The notes below the pieces were generated by a model. The model did no database searches. It saw only the letters and a list, made by a program, of their open reading frames with translations, and had not been told where the DNA came from. The position numbers and the translations under genes are program-made. Positions 37,822 through 52,998 of a stretch of 64,000 nucleotides of DNA are shown here, piece after piece. Numbering within the stretch: position 1 is the first letter of the stretch; every line of letters begins with the position of its first letter. The stretch lies in NCBI RefSeq assembly GCF_006345805.1, contig NC_043002.1, positions 115,258,001-115,322,000 of the forward strand, given 5' to 3'. This DNA comes from Octopus sinensis. Its lineage: Eukaryota.

Positions 37822-38894
37822 TGGGTACAGGACGTCACCAACAGTAAACATGAAAACGAAAACAAATGAGTTAAATACGCAAAGATATATATGAAATTCT
37901 GTGCATAATTGTAAACGTGGAGCTTATATACAGTGAATTGTTTGTAACCAACTAATCAAAATATCTTTGGCTTATTTCATTCTAGATTTGCGTAAATATT
38001 TGGTGGGGAATGGTGTTACATATAGAAAAATATTGCACAAAATATAAAATAACTTACGCACGAACTATAGCAGTTCGTTGATCGGATTGAAATCTTATGG
38101 ACAATTGATTACAAATCGTTGTTCTGTAACTATATGCAAGAAGACATACTTTTGAATAGGCACCTTAAGTCAATGTCACTTAAGCATAAAGGAAGCCAGG
38201 CATAGCCAAGCCATACAAATAATTTTCAATGTGTTTATGAGATAGTATCAAGTTCCTGTCGAAAAATGTAATATTTCTAATAAAAACGACATACTTGCAG
38301 CTATAATGCTCTGTAAATGGAATGTTTGACAATGCAATGAGAAAGTTCATTATATTTTTTGCATAGCTATCTTGTTTACCTCAATTTCACCCAATTTATA
38401 TTGCATACTTTATTTTCTTTGTTTAGTTTATATTTAGCTTTATTTTCCATATAATATTCTATTTATTCTGCTGTTCTCTCTCTAATATTATATCTGTTAA
38501 ATATAAAAGGTAAGATAGGGCAATATGATAATGCAAGCAATCGCATTTAAACTAATCAACATTACGATATTAGCACAAATGCATTTGCGCGCGCATACAC
38601 GCATATTATTTTGGTCGAAGTGATGACTGAAACGGCTCTGTTACTAGTTTCATTCATTGCGAATATTTTCAAGTAGTAAAATATAAATGGTCTACCAGTC
38701 AAGCAAAATAAAAGATAAATTATGAAATTATATAGTTGCTTGTGAAACGGTCTGAGTTATTGTTTAATGGATACTTAAAGTACGCAGCGCATCAGTATTT
38801 ACTCCTACTCTTACTAAACTCTTAAATCTTTTACTCTCTATGAAGATCTACCTTGAAATATGAAATTACGCTTCAGTGTGTTTTATTACAAAGA

Positions 38895-40190
38895 AGGACA
38901 ACCTTCCTACCCAGCCAACTATTGCCCTATTGTTCTTATTTCTAACATCGCCAAGCAATGAGAAAGCCATTAACTATGACGTTATACAGCACCTTGAATC
39001 TGTCTTTCCACAGTGGCCACCTGTACAACTTCCAAAGAGTCAGTCCTGCTACTCATGTTATTCACCAGTAGAATCTTACTTTAAAGAAATTTCATGAAAA
39101 CAATGTTATTGTTTTAGACATAAGCAGTGCCTTCCGTTCTGTCAGGCATGCAAACCTCCAGTCAAATCCTTCCGTTCATGGGCTCCACTCATCTCCCATC
39201 TCTTGGATTGCTAGCTTCCTATCAGATTGTACTTTTGCGGTGTGTTGACGTAGCTCTTTCTGCTCCACTCACAAGCAACTCTGGTGGTCTCTAGGATTTG
39301 GTTAAGTCCATACTTTGTTGTTTTTTTTTCTTTTTACACATCAACTTGCCACTACATGCAACATCACCCACTTCTATGCAGATAATAAGACCTTTCATTT
39401 TTTCTTTACCATCCTCAATCATACATCAACCACACACAACATAGACTGCACTCACCAAACTTCTAAATTTGCATTCATTTTATAGACGTGCGCCTTGAGA
39501 ACTTCCTCCAAAGGTACCATACGAACATTGTCTCTTAACAGCTACAATTAAAGTAAAGCACTGTCTATATAAAGAAAATATAACAAAACTATAGCTTTCT
39601 TTTTAAGAGCCCTCACAACTGCTCCAAATACTGAGTCGCACTATAACTGAAGATCTCTCCTAGTGAAAGCATATCTTTAACATATCTAAGACAGGAGCCC
39701 ACAGGTTAGTCCTTTTTAAGTTCAGAAGATATTTCACTCCCCAACAGTTGCTGACACTCCACTATGGCGCTATCCCTACATCTGGGAATGTGATGCTGAT
39801 AACAATTGTAGCACTTTTGATCGCATTAAGAGATGGGCCACTCGGCTTATTGGATCTTCATCATTAACAGACTTACTGCAGCATCTGACCTACGCTGTAT
39901 CATCTCTTTGTCCTTTCTATCACCATGACAACAGCCTCTGCTCCTCGGATTTTCTTGCTCTCGTAGTTCTACCACTCAGGCACAATTGATCCGCTTTCCA
40001 CTCCACTTCTTCTATCGTTGGCATGTCCACATTCTTTTCCCGCACTGCTCTTTTTACCAAATCCTTCATCCTCAGAGCTTCTGGAATTTTCTCGCCTCTG
40101 TTGTATTTCTTGCTGGTGTTAACCTTCAACAACAACAACAACAGCAGTTAAACGGAACATTAACGGCATCAATCTAACCTGTCTTGGAAG
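38895..40190 (+). mobile_element. CR1/L2-group LINE RT and C-terminus, heavily decayed
   Basis: PANY-PI, VLDISSAFRSVRH, SWIASFLSDCTFAV, FYADNKTF (YADD-like), LVLFKFRRYFTPQQLLTL, DRIKRWATRLIG. Confidence 0.75.
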
Positions 40191-40324
40191 ACATATCAAA
40201 GTCATGAGCGTCACTCAGACTCAGTGACACTCAGACTCAGCAAGTAGAACAAAAAAGAAAAAAATTGAGAATGTACTACTGTCCACTAAATAACAATCCA
40301 TGCCGTTGCAGACAAGCAGGTGGA

Positions 40325-40735
<411 letters not shown>

Positions 40736-41345
40736 TAAATATATAACATATAATCTTGTATCTCTCTGAAAGAAGACTTACTTTTGAACAGTTACCTAAA
40801 TTCTATGCCTATTAAGCGTAAAGGAAGCCAGGCAAAGCTAAGCCATGCAAAAAATGTTCGATGTTTCTGATGTATTTCAAGTTCCTGTCGAAGAATATGG
40901 TATATTCAATAAAAACGACATACTTGAAGCTATTATATTCCGTAAATGGAATGTTTAACAAAGCAACGATAAAATTCATTATTTTTCTTCTGCAGCAATC
41001 TCTATTACATATTATATTTAGTTTATTCATATTTACTTTTTTTTCTCTTATTTGTCATAGAATATTACTCATATTTCTTCCCCTATGCTATCGCTGATAT
41101 TAATTTTCGTAATAGAGGAATCTTCAGAACTAGAAGTAATGAATTTTAGTTACATAAGATCTGCAATAATGTCATTTGCTTCTCGTCAAGAAGTTGCTAA
41201 TTGCTAAAAGAGTAAGGTTCTAATCCCAACGTAAACGGACTGAATACATTCAAAGTTATTCTTGAAGATTAGGCGAATCAGCTCCTTTCGAGAATGTGGT
41301 AAAATTGAAATTACGGGACAAAATGCAAAGAGTTAGAATCATTTA

Positions 41346-41398
41346 AGACCCAGAGCTTTAGACTCAGACCCAGAGCTTTAGACTCAGACCCAGAGCTT
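41346..41398. repeat. 20-bp minisatellite x2.65
   Basis: AGACCCAGAGCTTTAGACTC twice, then AGACCCAGAGCTT. Confidence 0.95.
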
Positions 41399-42461
41399 AA
41401 TGCATGCATTGAACTGATTCAATATATTGAAATTACTTCTAAATTTCTGTTAGTAAGCAGTAGAATGTAATTGTTAACGGGAAGCCATTGGATATGCTTT
41501 TGAAAATGGCCACGATAATGTCATTGTTTTATCAAGTTTATATATGTATTGGTGCCAAAACTCTTGAAAATCTTCATATCGAGGTACATATAATTAATCG
41601 AGTGTAATTAAATACATTTAAGCGCCGATATACTGCGCTTAGACATACTTTTAATACACATGAAATATATTTAAGGGCAGGTCAACTGTGGATTGACATA
41701 CTTTTAATAACAGAAAATTATGTAACGCAACTCCGCTAGCAGAATATATTTTGTGTCTAATATCTAAAGGCATTGGTTACAGAATGCAGTGGAGCACCAC
41801 TGCAACAGCTATCGCATACATCGGAAATAAAAGACGAGTGTAGACTTTTCACAGTAGAAGTGCTCAAAATACATCTAGCATGTAAAATATTACACAATCA
41901 TAGAAGCGAGTCCGTAATCTCTTGTAAATAGAAACTCAATACCTCAAATTATTCCGCTATAATCATAATAACTCCAGATAAATAAACAGTTAAAACTCAA
42001 TTAACTAAGAAGAAATATTTTATCATCGAAATGAAAGCATATACTGTATAAACACTTTAATTACCGAAACGTAAATAACTAGATTATTATAATATCGCTT
42101 CGCCAATTAGATCCAGACATACACTATCCCAATATCAGAAATAATACACGAATGCATGAAAACATAAACATAGATATACGTGTCGATGATGATTTCTTCA
42201 TATACATATGGATGTGTATGTGTGCATGTGTGTGTATGTATTGTGTGTGTGTGGGGGGGTTATCTACTGTGTCTGTGTCTATTCCTGCAGAGGAGGAGAA
42301 GGTGGTGGTGGTGGTGGTACTGGTGATGGTGGAGGAGAAGGAAGAGGAGGGGAGACTCTACATTATATAAATATATTAACCAACTTGGTCTTAAGACATA
42401 TAGGCGAAACTGAGTCGTAATATGTGTATTTTATGTGTTTGCAAGAGTGGTCTGGTACTTA

Positions 42462-42507
<46 letters not shown>

Positions 42508-43004
42508 ATATATATATACTAACACAGTCATACATACATATATATACACATTCACACGCATACATATACCAACACATATACATATATGTATCTATGTAAA
42601 TTCATGTATACAAAAAACATACGTACAACTAATACATATATAATAATGGGATTTTTGAGTGTCGTACGAGCAAGTGATTGTTTTTGAAGAAAAGGAGGAG
42701 TCATTTTATATTTATGGATATGAAAAAGGGACTAGTAAAGAAGGACTTTTCATGTATGTGTTTCTGAGTGCATATAGCTAGATCAAAGCAGTTCAGTTCC
42801 TTCACAGAGTTCTGAAGTATTTGAGAATATAAGCAACCCTTTTTTAATGACAGAGATAGAAAGGAAGTTCCTTGTTCCACAGTTACAAATTTACTTGCAT
42901 CTGTAAGAGACGGCGTTGTTTAATTGAAAGTTTCCTCATTTCCCAACTAAATTATTGGTTTCAAATTTTGGCACAAGGCCAGTAGTTTCGAAGGATGGGC
43001 AAGT

Positions 43005-43180
43005 CGATTAGAATGACCCCAGTACTCGACTGGTCCTTATTTTATCGCCCCGAAAGGATGAAAAGCAAAGTCGAGCTCGGAAGAAGTTGAGCTCAGAAAG
43101 TAAAGACGGACGAAATGCTGCTAAGCATTTTGTCCGGCGTGCTAACGATTCGACCAGCTCGCCGCCTTATTTTCCAACTA
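43005..43180 (-). mobile_element. SINE family B
   Basis: GACCCCAGTACTCGACTGG...GGATGAAAAGCAAAGTCGAGCTCGG...GCTAAGCATTTTGTCCGGCGTGCTAACGATTCGACCAGCTCGCCGCCTT. Confidence 0.85.
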
Positions 43181-43530
43181 AATTATTATTATTTAGCTTG
43201 TCATATGCTCGAGAAATATTCTTTTCTGATCAAGAAGGTCTATATGACGACAGCGGTCGTCACTGGGCAAGAAAAAAAGATTTATTGTCGTCTACCCAGA
43301 TAAATCGGGCTGTACTAAACTAAATCGAATACGCTGATTCCGAATCTGAACTCAGAATTGCTGTAGCACATCAGGATTTTGAGTTATGCGCATAATTATA
43401 TATTAATGCTATATTAGAATCAGGAATAGTTACGTTCAAGGTATATGATTATTATAATAGTATATTAGTACTGTATATAGTATATTTATATTCAAGGTAG
43501 ATAGTATTTTAATATAATGGTACATATTTA

Positions 43531-43780
43531 TGTTAAGGGAATACTCACCTTATTTTTTATATGCTCAGCTCAGAAATGTTTGAGACACTTGCTCTTGCGC
43601 TTATGCGTCGTGCTGGTCACCCATCATGTGTGGACTGAACCAGCCTTGATACCCTGTTTCCATCTCAGACATGTCCTGGTGGAACCTCTCACCATGCTCA
43701 TCACTAAGATTCGTTTATAGCGACTAGCATATACCACTTGCACGTGGGAGGGGTGTACCATTATTACTATTATACCCACA
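43531..43780 (-). repeat. Putative 3' LTR (TGT...ACA, 250 bp) of the gypsy element
   Basis: The plus strand reads TGTTAAGGG...TACCCACA. The adjacent 43781-43794 is a polypurine tract on the minus strand (CTTAAAAGGGGAGA) directly followed by TGT. Confidence 0.65.
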
Positions 43781-46380
43781 TCTCCCCTTTTAAGTTTTTT
43801 TTTTTTTCTTAGGGAATGTCATTTTATTTGTTTTATTGGCAATGATTTTTATTTTATCCCACCTCCCTTTGAGTTTTTCAATTACACATTTAATATCGTT
43901 TTCGTTTGGCATCTACTTCCAGAAACTCCGTACATTATCTTTTTCTTACGCTTGTGCGCATTGGTTCAATCACTCGTATATGAAATAATTAAAAAGTATC
44001 AATTAACCATTTCATTGGTTCTTCCATTCGCTCTCAACGAAATTTTTTTCAGTTGGTTTATATGTCTCTTTTCTACTTTTTACGAAGAATAGTATTTTTC
44101 CAATGCGTTTGATAACCACGCCATCTTCCCAACTCTATTTTCCGTTCTTATATGCCCCTTGAAAAATTTTGCTGTATTTTTTCCCTTGCAATTTTTCTTT
44201 TCTTGCCAGGTAGCAATTTATCGAAGACTGATTTTATTTTCCGCGCAAACATCAGCTCCGCTGGTGACATACCTGTTGGTGTATTTGGGCTTGGTGTCAC
44301 ACGGTATGCTCTTAAGAATTGTTGTAGAGCTACCTCATCCGTGACTTCCTTATTTGACTTTCTTAGGGCTCTCTTGAACGTATCGACAAAGCGTTCTGCC
44401 TGTCCGTTAGATCTGAGGTGGCATGGCGCAGTAGTTACATGTTCTACCGCGAACGTTTTACAAAACGTTTTAAATTCAAAAGACACTAATTGTGCTCCAT
44501 TGTCAGACACCATCGCGTTTGGGATGCCAATTTCGCAAACAGCTCATGTAAAAAATTTGTCGCAGTTGCGGAGGTTAGTTTTTTATGAATGCTTGTAGCA
44601 CAGTCACATTATTCGGCGTGGGCAATTTTTTTTTTTTGCCGTTGCTTTGGATGGATCCGGTTTTCGTCTGTTTTTATCGATTATCTGTCCCAAGTATTTA
44701 ATTTTTTTCAAACAAAATTCTCGCATTTTTCTTCCGTTAACTTGAACCCGTATTCTTTAATCTCGAATACCCTTTTAACGTGTTCTAGATGTTGCTAATA
44801 TGATCCCCTTTTCATTAGAACATCGCCTAAATAGGCAATAGCAAAATCAGTCACCAAGCAGTGTATCTGTTACTTGCTGAAGAGAAGCCGTTTACGTTTA
44901 AATGACCCATGGTGTGTATTAATGGTTAATAAGTGTTTCTTCTACTTGAATTTGTAGATATGCCTCCGAGAGTTCTAATTTTGAGAAGAATTTCCCTCAA
45001 TTCAATTTTTCAAACACTTTCTCAGGACTCAGCAATAGGCAGTTATGTGAGATTAAGCAATCATCCAAACTCTTAACTTGTTGTTTTTCTTTTTTACGTA
45101 GGCCGTAGATGCTGCCCAGTTTGAGTGGTCCGTCTTCTCGATTATTCCTAAACTTTCAAGTCTTTCAAGTTCCTTGTTTACCTGCTCTATTGCCGCGAAC
45201 AGTACATTCGGTTTTGGCTTTAATACAGGTGTTACACTTTGTTTTACTGCAATTTTTACATTTGCTTTTGTGCAGCAACCCAGTTCCTCGGAGAAGATAT
45301 ATGGAAACAAGTGTTTTATTTTTTGTTTCAACTCCTCAGCCGCATTCGAACCTTCGACTGAACCGACTGTATTCTCACACAAAACACTTATAGGCCTATT
45401 CCACAATTTGAGCAATTCCATCCACTCTGTGCCGAATAGATTAACTGAACTTTTTAGCACATATTTTTGCCGTTTCCATTTGGTCACGAAATGTTACATT
45501 ACACATAAATTCACCGACAAAATACAATCACTATAACACTATGTGCGGCTTTTGTAGATTTAATTCATTTCGGCTTACCGACATACTTCCAAGTTTCTTA
45601 TTTACAATGGTAATATCACTTCCAGTGTCTAACTGCATTTTTAATCTTCTATTTAATTTTCCCATTCACAAATTACCTCTTTGTTATATTACCATTTTCT
45701 TTCGACGACATCTTGTTTATTTTTTTTCCTTTGTTCCCGCGTTTTGTCATCTTGGTTTTACTGTGCGTTTTTGCGTGTTCAATTTTCCCATAACAGAAAC
45801 ATCGTGCTTTCTTAAATCGACATCGTTTGCTCAGGTGTAGACCTCCACATGCAAACATGTTTTATTTTCTTTCCTGACTTTTGTTCTATTTGTACTATAT
45901 TTTAGTACACACTTGATTTCTATTCTGCCTATTTCGCACTTGTTTCACTTGGGAGCAATCTTTATCTTCTATTTTCCCTATCGTGTCTTAAATTTACTAT
46001 TCCTTCACACTCTTCTCATACTTGGAGTAAGGTTATAGCCTGGTTTTGTTCCAGCTTGGCGAGAATTCTTGTTCTTACTTCTGCGTCTGTTTCTGCAGTT
46101 AGACCCTGAATACGTATCAGGCACTTGAACATATCTGACGTTAATTCGTCAAGTTTGAACTTTTCCCATTTCCTGTTAACTCTACCAACATAAGTGATGT
46201 AGTTCTCGTTGTTTTTTTCTAGGTTCAAACATTTTCAACGTGTATTGAAGAATGAGCTTTTCTCACTAAAAAATTTACACAATATGTCAGAAGGTGTTTT
46301 TCAGGAGTACGGGATTGATGTATCGATCATGTTCTCCTGCCGCTAGTCTTCCTAAGATCAAACGCGTTTTCATATCGTCA
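43781..46380 (-). mobile_element. Ty3/gypsy (K02A2.6-like) internal region, deleted and pseudogenised
   Basis: gag (KWEKFKLDELTSDMFKCLI), CCHC-like knuckle, protease end (NLFGTEWM), RT start (ELERLESLGIIEKTDHSNWAA), RT end (KIKYLGQII), integrase core (VSDNGAQL...APCHLRSNGQAERFV...SPAELMFAR). Confidence 0.92.
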
Positions 46381-46394
46381 TTTCAATCTTTGCA

Positions 46395-46812
46395 CTCTTT
46401 ACTCTTTTACTCTTTTACTTGTTTCAGTCATTTGACTGCGGCCATGCTGGAGAACCGCCTTTAGTCGAGCAAATCGACCCCGGGACTTATCCTTTGTAAG
46501 CCCAGTACTTATTCTATCGGTCTCTTTTTGCCGAACCGCTAAGTGACGGGGGCGTAAACACACCAGCATCAGTTGTCAAGCAATGCTAGGGGTACAAACA
46601 CAGACACACAAACACACACACACACACATATATATATATACATATATACGACAGGCTTGTTTCAGTTTCCGTCTACCAAATCCACTCACAAGGCATCGGT
46701 CGGCCCGAGGCTATAGCAGAAGACGCTTGCCCAAGATGCCACACAGTGGGACTGAACCCGGAACCGTGTGGTTGGTTAGCAAGCTACTTACCACACAGCC
46801 ACTCCTGCGTCT
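46395..46812 (-). mobile_element. SINE family A, full length
   Basis: Full head-to-tail match to 12416-12857. Confidence 0.95.
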
Positions 46813-47654
46813 TTATCTTCTATAGTTAGCCTCGAAAGTAGCTACTTCGTCTGATTCGTACTTAAACTCAAGTTCCCAACCTAATCTGGTGGGAACATTT
46901 TTCCAGTATTTCCTGACGACTTACTATTCATTAATTGCAGCATTTTTTGCTGTAGTAGTAACTGTTGTTGTTGCTTGTGCTGTTGTTCTTACAGTTGTAG
47001 CTGCGTTGTTGTTGCTTCTGCAGTCGTTTTTGCAGTTGTACCTTCTGTGTATGTGTGTGTGTGTATGTATGTATGCATGCATGTATGTATATATCTTTTA
47101 CTTGTTTTAGTTATTGGACTGCGGCCATGCTAGAGTATAGACTGACACACAGAAGCGTAAACAGGTTGATTGTTATTATCATATGCATTTGGCCCAACTT
47201 CTGTTAAATGTATAACTCTGTTCTGTATCCTAACTTAGTATTAACTTGTAATATTCGGATTGAGATTAGATCGATGAGAATGTGTACTGCCCTACACACT
47301 TAAATCTAAAGTCTAAATTACGAATTCATGTCTATATCAGTTTTATACTGCGTAGTTCAGTTCTTTGGAGATATCTTTACCTTAACAAAGTCTATATTAT
47401 TATTTTATTCATTTCGTCCAATTCGTATCACAATTCATTCAAAACAGTGACTAATAAAAAATTGTATTGTGATTCCATTTGTTGAATTTAGACGTGAGAT
47501 CGATTTGCAGAAACTGGACATGTTCCTGAATTAAAGAGATATTTTCATATGTATTTACTTAAACTGCATTTGTCTTATTTCTCTAACTTTTTCTAAGGTT
47601 AAGATGTAGGATAATGTCGCATTTTTAAACATGTTAAAGAATTGTTTGCTATTT

Positions 47655-47817
47655 AGACGTAGATGTGGTTGTATGTTTAAGACGCTTGCTTCCCAACCAT
47701 GTGGTCTTGGGTTCAGTCCTACTGCGTAGCACCTTCGGTAGATCTCTACTACCATAACCTCGAGCTTACCAAAGCCTTGTGAGTGGATTCGGTAGACGGA
47801 AACTGAAAGTAGCCCTT

Positions 47818-47854
<37 letters not shown>

Positions 47855-47870
47855 ATATGTGTGTGTTTGC

Positions 47871-47903
<33 letters not shown>

Positions 47904-48155
47904 CATGCGTGCGTGTGTGCGCGAGTGTGTGTATACATGCGTGTGCATGCGTTGTATTTGTACTCCACCAACGCTTAACAACTGGTGATGGATGGTGTAC
48001 GTCCCAGTAACTTAGCATTTCAACAAAACAAACTGATACAATAAGTACCAGACTTACAAATAAGTACTGGGTTCGATTTGTTCGACTAAACCCTCCATGG
48101 CAGTGCCTCAGCGTGGCTCCGGTCCAATGAATGAAACAAGTAGAAGATAAAGAGA
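47655..48155 (+). mobile_element. SINE family A, diverged, long internal (TG)n
   Basis: GGGTTCAGTCCTACTGCGTAGCACCTT...CCAAAGCCTTGTGAGTGGATTCGGTAGACGGAAACTGAAAG. Confidence 0.85.
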
Positions 48156-48190
48156 TTTAGTCACCGCTTTCTATTATTACGTTTCAGTTT

Positions 48191-48615
48191 AAGGCGGCGA
48201 GCTGGCAGAATCGTTAGCGCGCCGGGCGAAATGCTTAGCGGTATTTCGTCTGCCGTTACGTTCTGAGTTCAAATTCCACCGAGGTAGACTTTGCCTTTCA
48301 TCTTTTCAGGGTCGATAAATAAAGTACCATTTACGCACTGGGGTCGATATAATCGACTTAATCCGTTTGTCTGTCCTTGTCTGTCCTTGTCTGTCCTTGT
48401 CTGTCCTCTCTGTGTTTAGCCCCTTGTGGGTAGTAAAGAAATAGGTATTTTGCCTGTCGCTGCGTTCTGAGTTCAAATTCCACCAAGGTCGAGTTTGCCT
48501 TTCATCCTCTCGGGGTCGATGGAATAAGTACCAGTTGGACACTGGGGTCAATGTGATCGACTTTCCCCATCCCCTAAAAAAATTCAGGCGTTGTGCCTAT
48601 AGTAGTAAGGATTAT
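48191..48615 (+). mobile_element. SINE family B, one full and one partial tandem copy
   Basis: AAGGCGGCGAGCTGGCAGAATCGTTAG (A box)...CTGAGTTCAAATTCC (B box)...GGGGTCGATAAATAAAGTACC; the second body starts at about 48460. Confidence 0.88.
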
Positions 48616-48674
48616 TACGCTTCAGTTTAAATCAGCTGGAATGCTGTTCATCACAAGTATTTCTAAAACACACG

Positions 48675-49782
48675 CATACATACATACATACATACATACA
48701 TACACACATACATACATACATACATACATACACACATACATACATACATACATACACACATACATACATACATACACACATACATACATACATACATACA
48801 TACATACATACATACATACACACACACATACATTCATACATACATACATACATACATACATACATACATACATACATACATTCATACATACATACATACA
48901 TACACACATACATACACACATACATACATACATACATACATACATACACATACATACATACCATACATACATTCATACATACATACACACATACATACAT
49001 ACATACAATACATACATACATACATACATACACACATACACATACATACATACATTACATACATACATACATTCATACATACATACACACCATACATACA
49101 TACATACACCACATACATACACACATACATACATACATACACACACAATACATACATACATACATACATACATACATACATACACACATACATACATACA
49201 TACATACATACATACATACATACATACATACATACATACATACATACATACATACATACATACATACACACATACATACATACATACATACACACATACA
49301 TACATACATACATACACACATACATACATACATACATACACACATACATACATACATACATACACACATACATACATACATTACACACATACATACATCA
49401 TACATACATACATACATACACACATACATACATACATACATACATACATTCATACATACATACATACATACATACCACATACACACATACCTACATACAT
49501 ACATACATACATCCACACATACATACATCCATACATACATACATACACCCATACATACATACTACATACATACATACATACACACCTACATACATACACA
49601 CACACATACATACATACATACATACATACATACATACATACATACATACACACATACATACATACATACATACATACATACATACACACATACACACATA
49701 CATACATACATACATTACATACATACATACTACATACACACATACAATACATACATACATACATACATACATCACACATACA

Positions 49783-49813
<31 letters not shown>

Positions 49814-50414
49814 CATACAACATACACACATACACACATACATACATACACACATACATACATACATACGTACATACATACATACATACATACATACATA
49901 CATACATACACACATACACACATACATACATACATACATACATACATACATACACACATACATACATACATACATACATACATACACACATACACACATA
50001 CACACATACATACATACACACATACATACATACATACATACATACATACATACATACACACATACATACATACATACATACATACATACATACATACACA
50101 CATAATACATACATACATACATACATACATACATACACACATACACACATACATACACATACATACATACATACACCATACATACATACATACATACATA
50201 CATCACATACATACACACATACATACATACATACATACATACATACATAACTCACATACCACACATACATACATACATACATACATACATACATACATAC
50301 ACACATACATACATACATACATACATACATACACACATACATACATACATACATACATACATACATACACACATACATACATACATACATACATACATAC
50401 ACACATACATACAT

Positions 50415-50445
<31 letters not shown>

Positions 50446-51031
50446 TACATACATACATACATACATACATACACACATACATACATACATACATACATAC
50501 ATACATACATACATACACACTACATACATACATACATACATACATACATACATACATACATACATACATACACACACATACATACATACATACATACATA
50601 CATACATAATACATACATACATACATACATACATACATACATACATACATACATACATACCATACATACACACATACATACATACATACATACACATACA
50701 TAACATACATACATACATACATACATACACTACATACATACATACATACATACATACATACAACATACATACACACATATACATACATACATAACATACA
50801 TACATACATACATACATACAACATACAACTACATACATACATACATACATACATACATACATACACACAACATACATACATACATACATACATACATACA
50901 TACATACACAACATACATACATACATACATACATACATTACATACATACATACATACATACCATACACACATACATACATACATACATACATACATACAT
51001 ACATACATACATACACACATACATACATACA
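48675..51031. repeat. Interrupted (CATA)n array, about 2.35 kb
   Basis: Direct reading. Confidence 0.97.
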
Positions 51032-51410
51032 TGATGGCTGCCACCTCGTTATCGAGTATGACCATTGCACGAAGCTTAACTTTTATTGGTGCTGTGATCG
51101 AGATCTACAATGTCTTGTACAAAATTGGCAACTAAGACCTTTACTGGTAATAGCCGGCTGTAGTTGTAACTGGGCTTCATGTACCTTTGCATGTCGTTTA
51201 GGTCCTCCTGCCGAATTACACTCTCTTCCACATGCCCGACAGATATGATTAGTATGGTGTGTTACACCACCACCAGTGGCCAGGTTGTCACTCATCTGTC
51301 TCGCTTTATGACTACAAAGATCACTCTTGAGTCCAGCTTTACTGAGGCAGGGTCTTGCATAGACATTGCATGTCAGCATCAAAAGAAGAGCCTTCCCATC
51401 TGGAAGTGTA
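51032..51410 (-). mobile_element. 3' end of an RTE-like LINE with C2H2 zinc fingers
   Basis: TCNVYARPCLSKAGLKS, ICRACGRECNSAGGPKRHAKVH, SCQFCTRHCRSR...HQ*; short 3' UTR running into (ATGT)n. Confidence 0.65.
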
Positions 51411-51619
51411 ACATACATACATACATACACACATACATACATATGTTCGAATTCCAATTCTACGCTAGGAATTTATAATTCAGATTGCTCTTGTTGACAT
51501 TTATGTGCTCTCTCACATATAGAAGCGAATTCAAGAACGAGAACACAAGCACCTGGCGGTCAAGCAGAAATTAACGTATCCATTTCTGTTTTGCTATGCC
51601 AAGAAAAAGAGAGAAAGAA

Positions 51620-51701
51620 AGAAAGAAAGAAGAAGAAGAAGAAGAAGAAGAAGAAGAAGAAGAAGAAGAAGAAGAAAAGAAGAAGAAAGAAGAAGAAGAA
51701 G

Positions 51702-51732
<31 letters not shown>

Positions 51733-51735
51733 TGA
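51620..51735. repeat. (GAA)n
   Basis: Direct reading. Confidence 0.95.
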
Positions 51736-52499
51736 TGATGATGATATTCCCATTGTTTCATCAGAAAGAGAAACAATCACGTAATAACCAATAAGATACA
51801 ATTTGAGAATCGATTCTGCTATGAATTTTCCAAGCTGCAGTCAACAAGTTAATCTGTATTGAATCGTTCTTTTGTTAAGATCAGAATAACAACGATAACA
51901 ACCTTGATAATTGTCCATAATGTTTTAGCAATTTTTCTTATTTTTTCATTACCTGATTAATATGACATCGGTATTGAGCATAGAATCAGTTGAAAACTAC
52001 TTGTCAGATATCGTATCCGGTCAACTAATCAGGGGTTTACAGCTCCTGGCAGAAAGAACGTAAACAACAATTCCAATCAAATCATGTCGCAGACGTTGGA
52101 TTACAATAAGACCAAGTTAATTTTGTTGTGCTTAACTCTACTTACAGTCGTCAACTTCATTAACTAGCCTTCTTATTACGTGCTGCCTTCATGTCTACAG
52201 ATGCCGTCCATATTATTGTATTTCTATGGAAACTAATTAGTGTAGCTTTGTAATTTGTTATTACTTAATCAGGCAACCTGTACATTAGTTATTGCAATGC
52301 TTGTTGTTATAATTTATCGGAGATATCATTACTCATTTGTTTTAAACGTATCTAATCTTTGAGATATGGCTACATTCTTACTGCACATTCCGACGTCAAT
52401 ACAGAGTCAATCAGCTATTCATACTTTTCTGATGTAAATAAATGTATCAATAAGCTCGTACTCAACTATATATTTCTATGCACGTCTTCATCCTGGTGA

Positions 52500-52605
<106 letters not shown>

Positions 52606-52953
52606 CCCCACGAACAGCAGCGTACGTTTTCATAAACATGATAGTTACTCTTATCAGAATCAAATTTCGAAATTCTTTCTCTATTCTAATTGTATGACCA
52701 ATGAGGAATTCTACCAATAAAACTGAATTTAATTTCACTACAACTGGCTAATTTAAGGAGATTGAAGGTGATATGATGGCCGTATAACGAAGCTACACTT
52801 ACTTTTATACGCACACACATACACACACAGCAAACAAAACACACACTCAAAACACACGCATATAAGCGATATATGTATATACATAAATGTGTGTGTGTAT
52901 ATATACATGAATGTGTGTATAATATACATGCACACACACACACACACACACAT

Positions 52954-52998
<45 letters not shown>

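Noticed and set aside
38160-38330. Plus-strand exon reading of the 38.1/40.8-kb paralogues (conserved TTTTGAAYAG acceptor-like site)
   Set aside because: Every plus frame has stops in at least one copy; only the minus frame is open in both.
41346-41398. CRISPR-like array
   Set aside because: Contiguous tandem units without spacers, in a eukaryotic context.
48593-50794. 733-aa HTYI-repeat ORF and the many MYVC, YIYI, LVGW, poly-E/K/R/I ORFs
   Set aside because: They are translations of (CATA)n, (TA)n, (GGTT)n, (GAA)n and (AAT)n repeats that lack stops in some frames.
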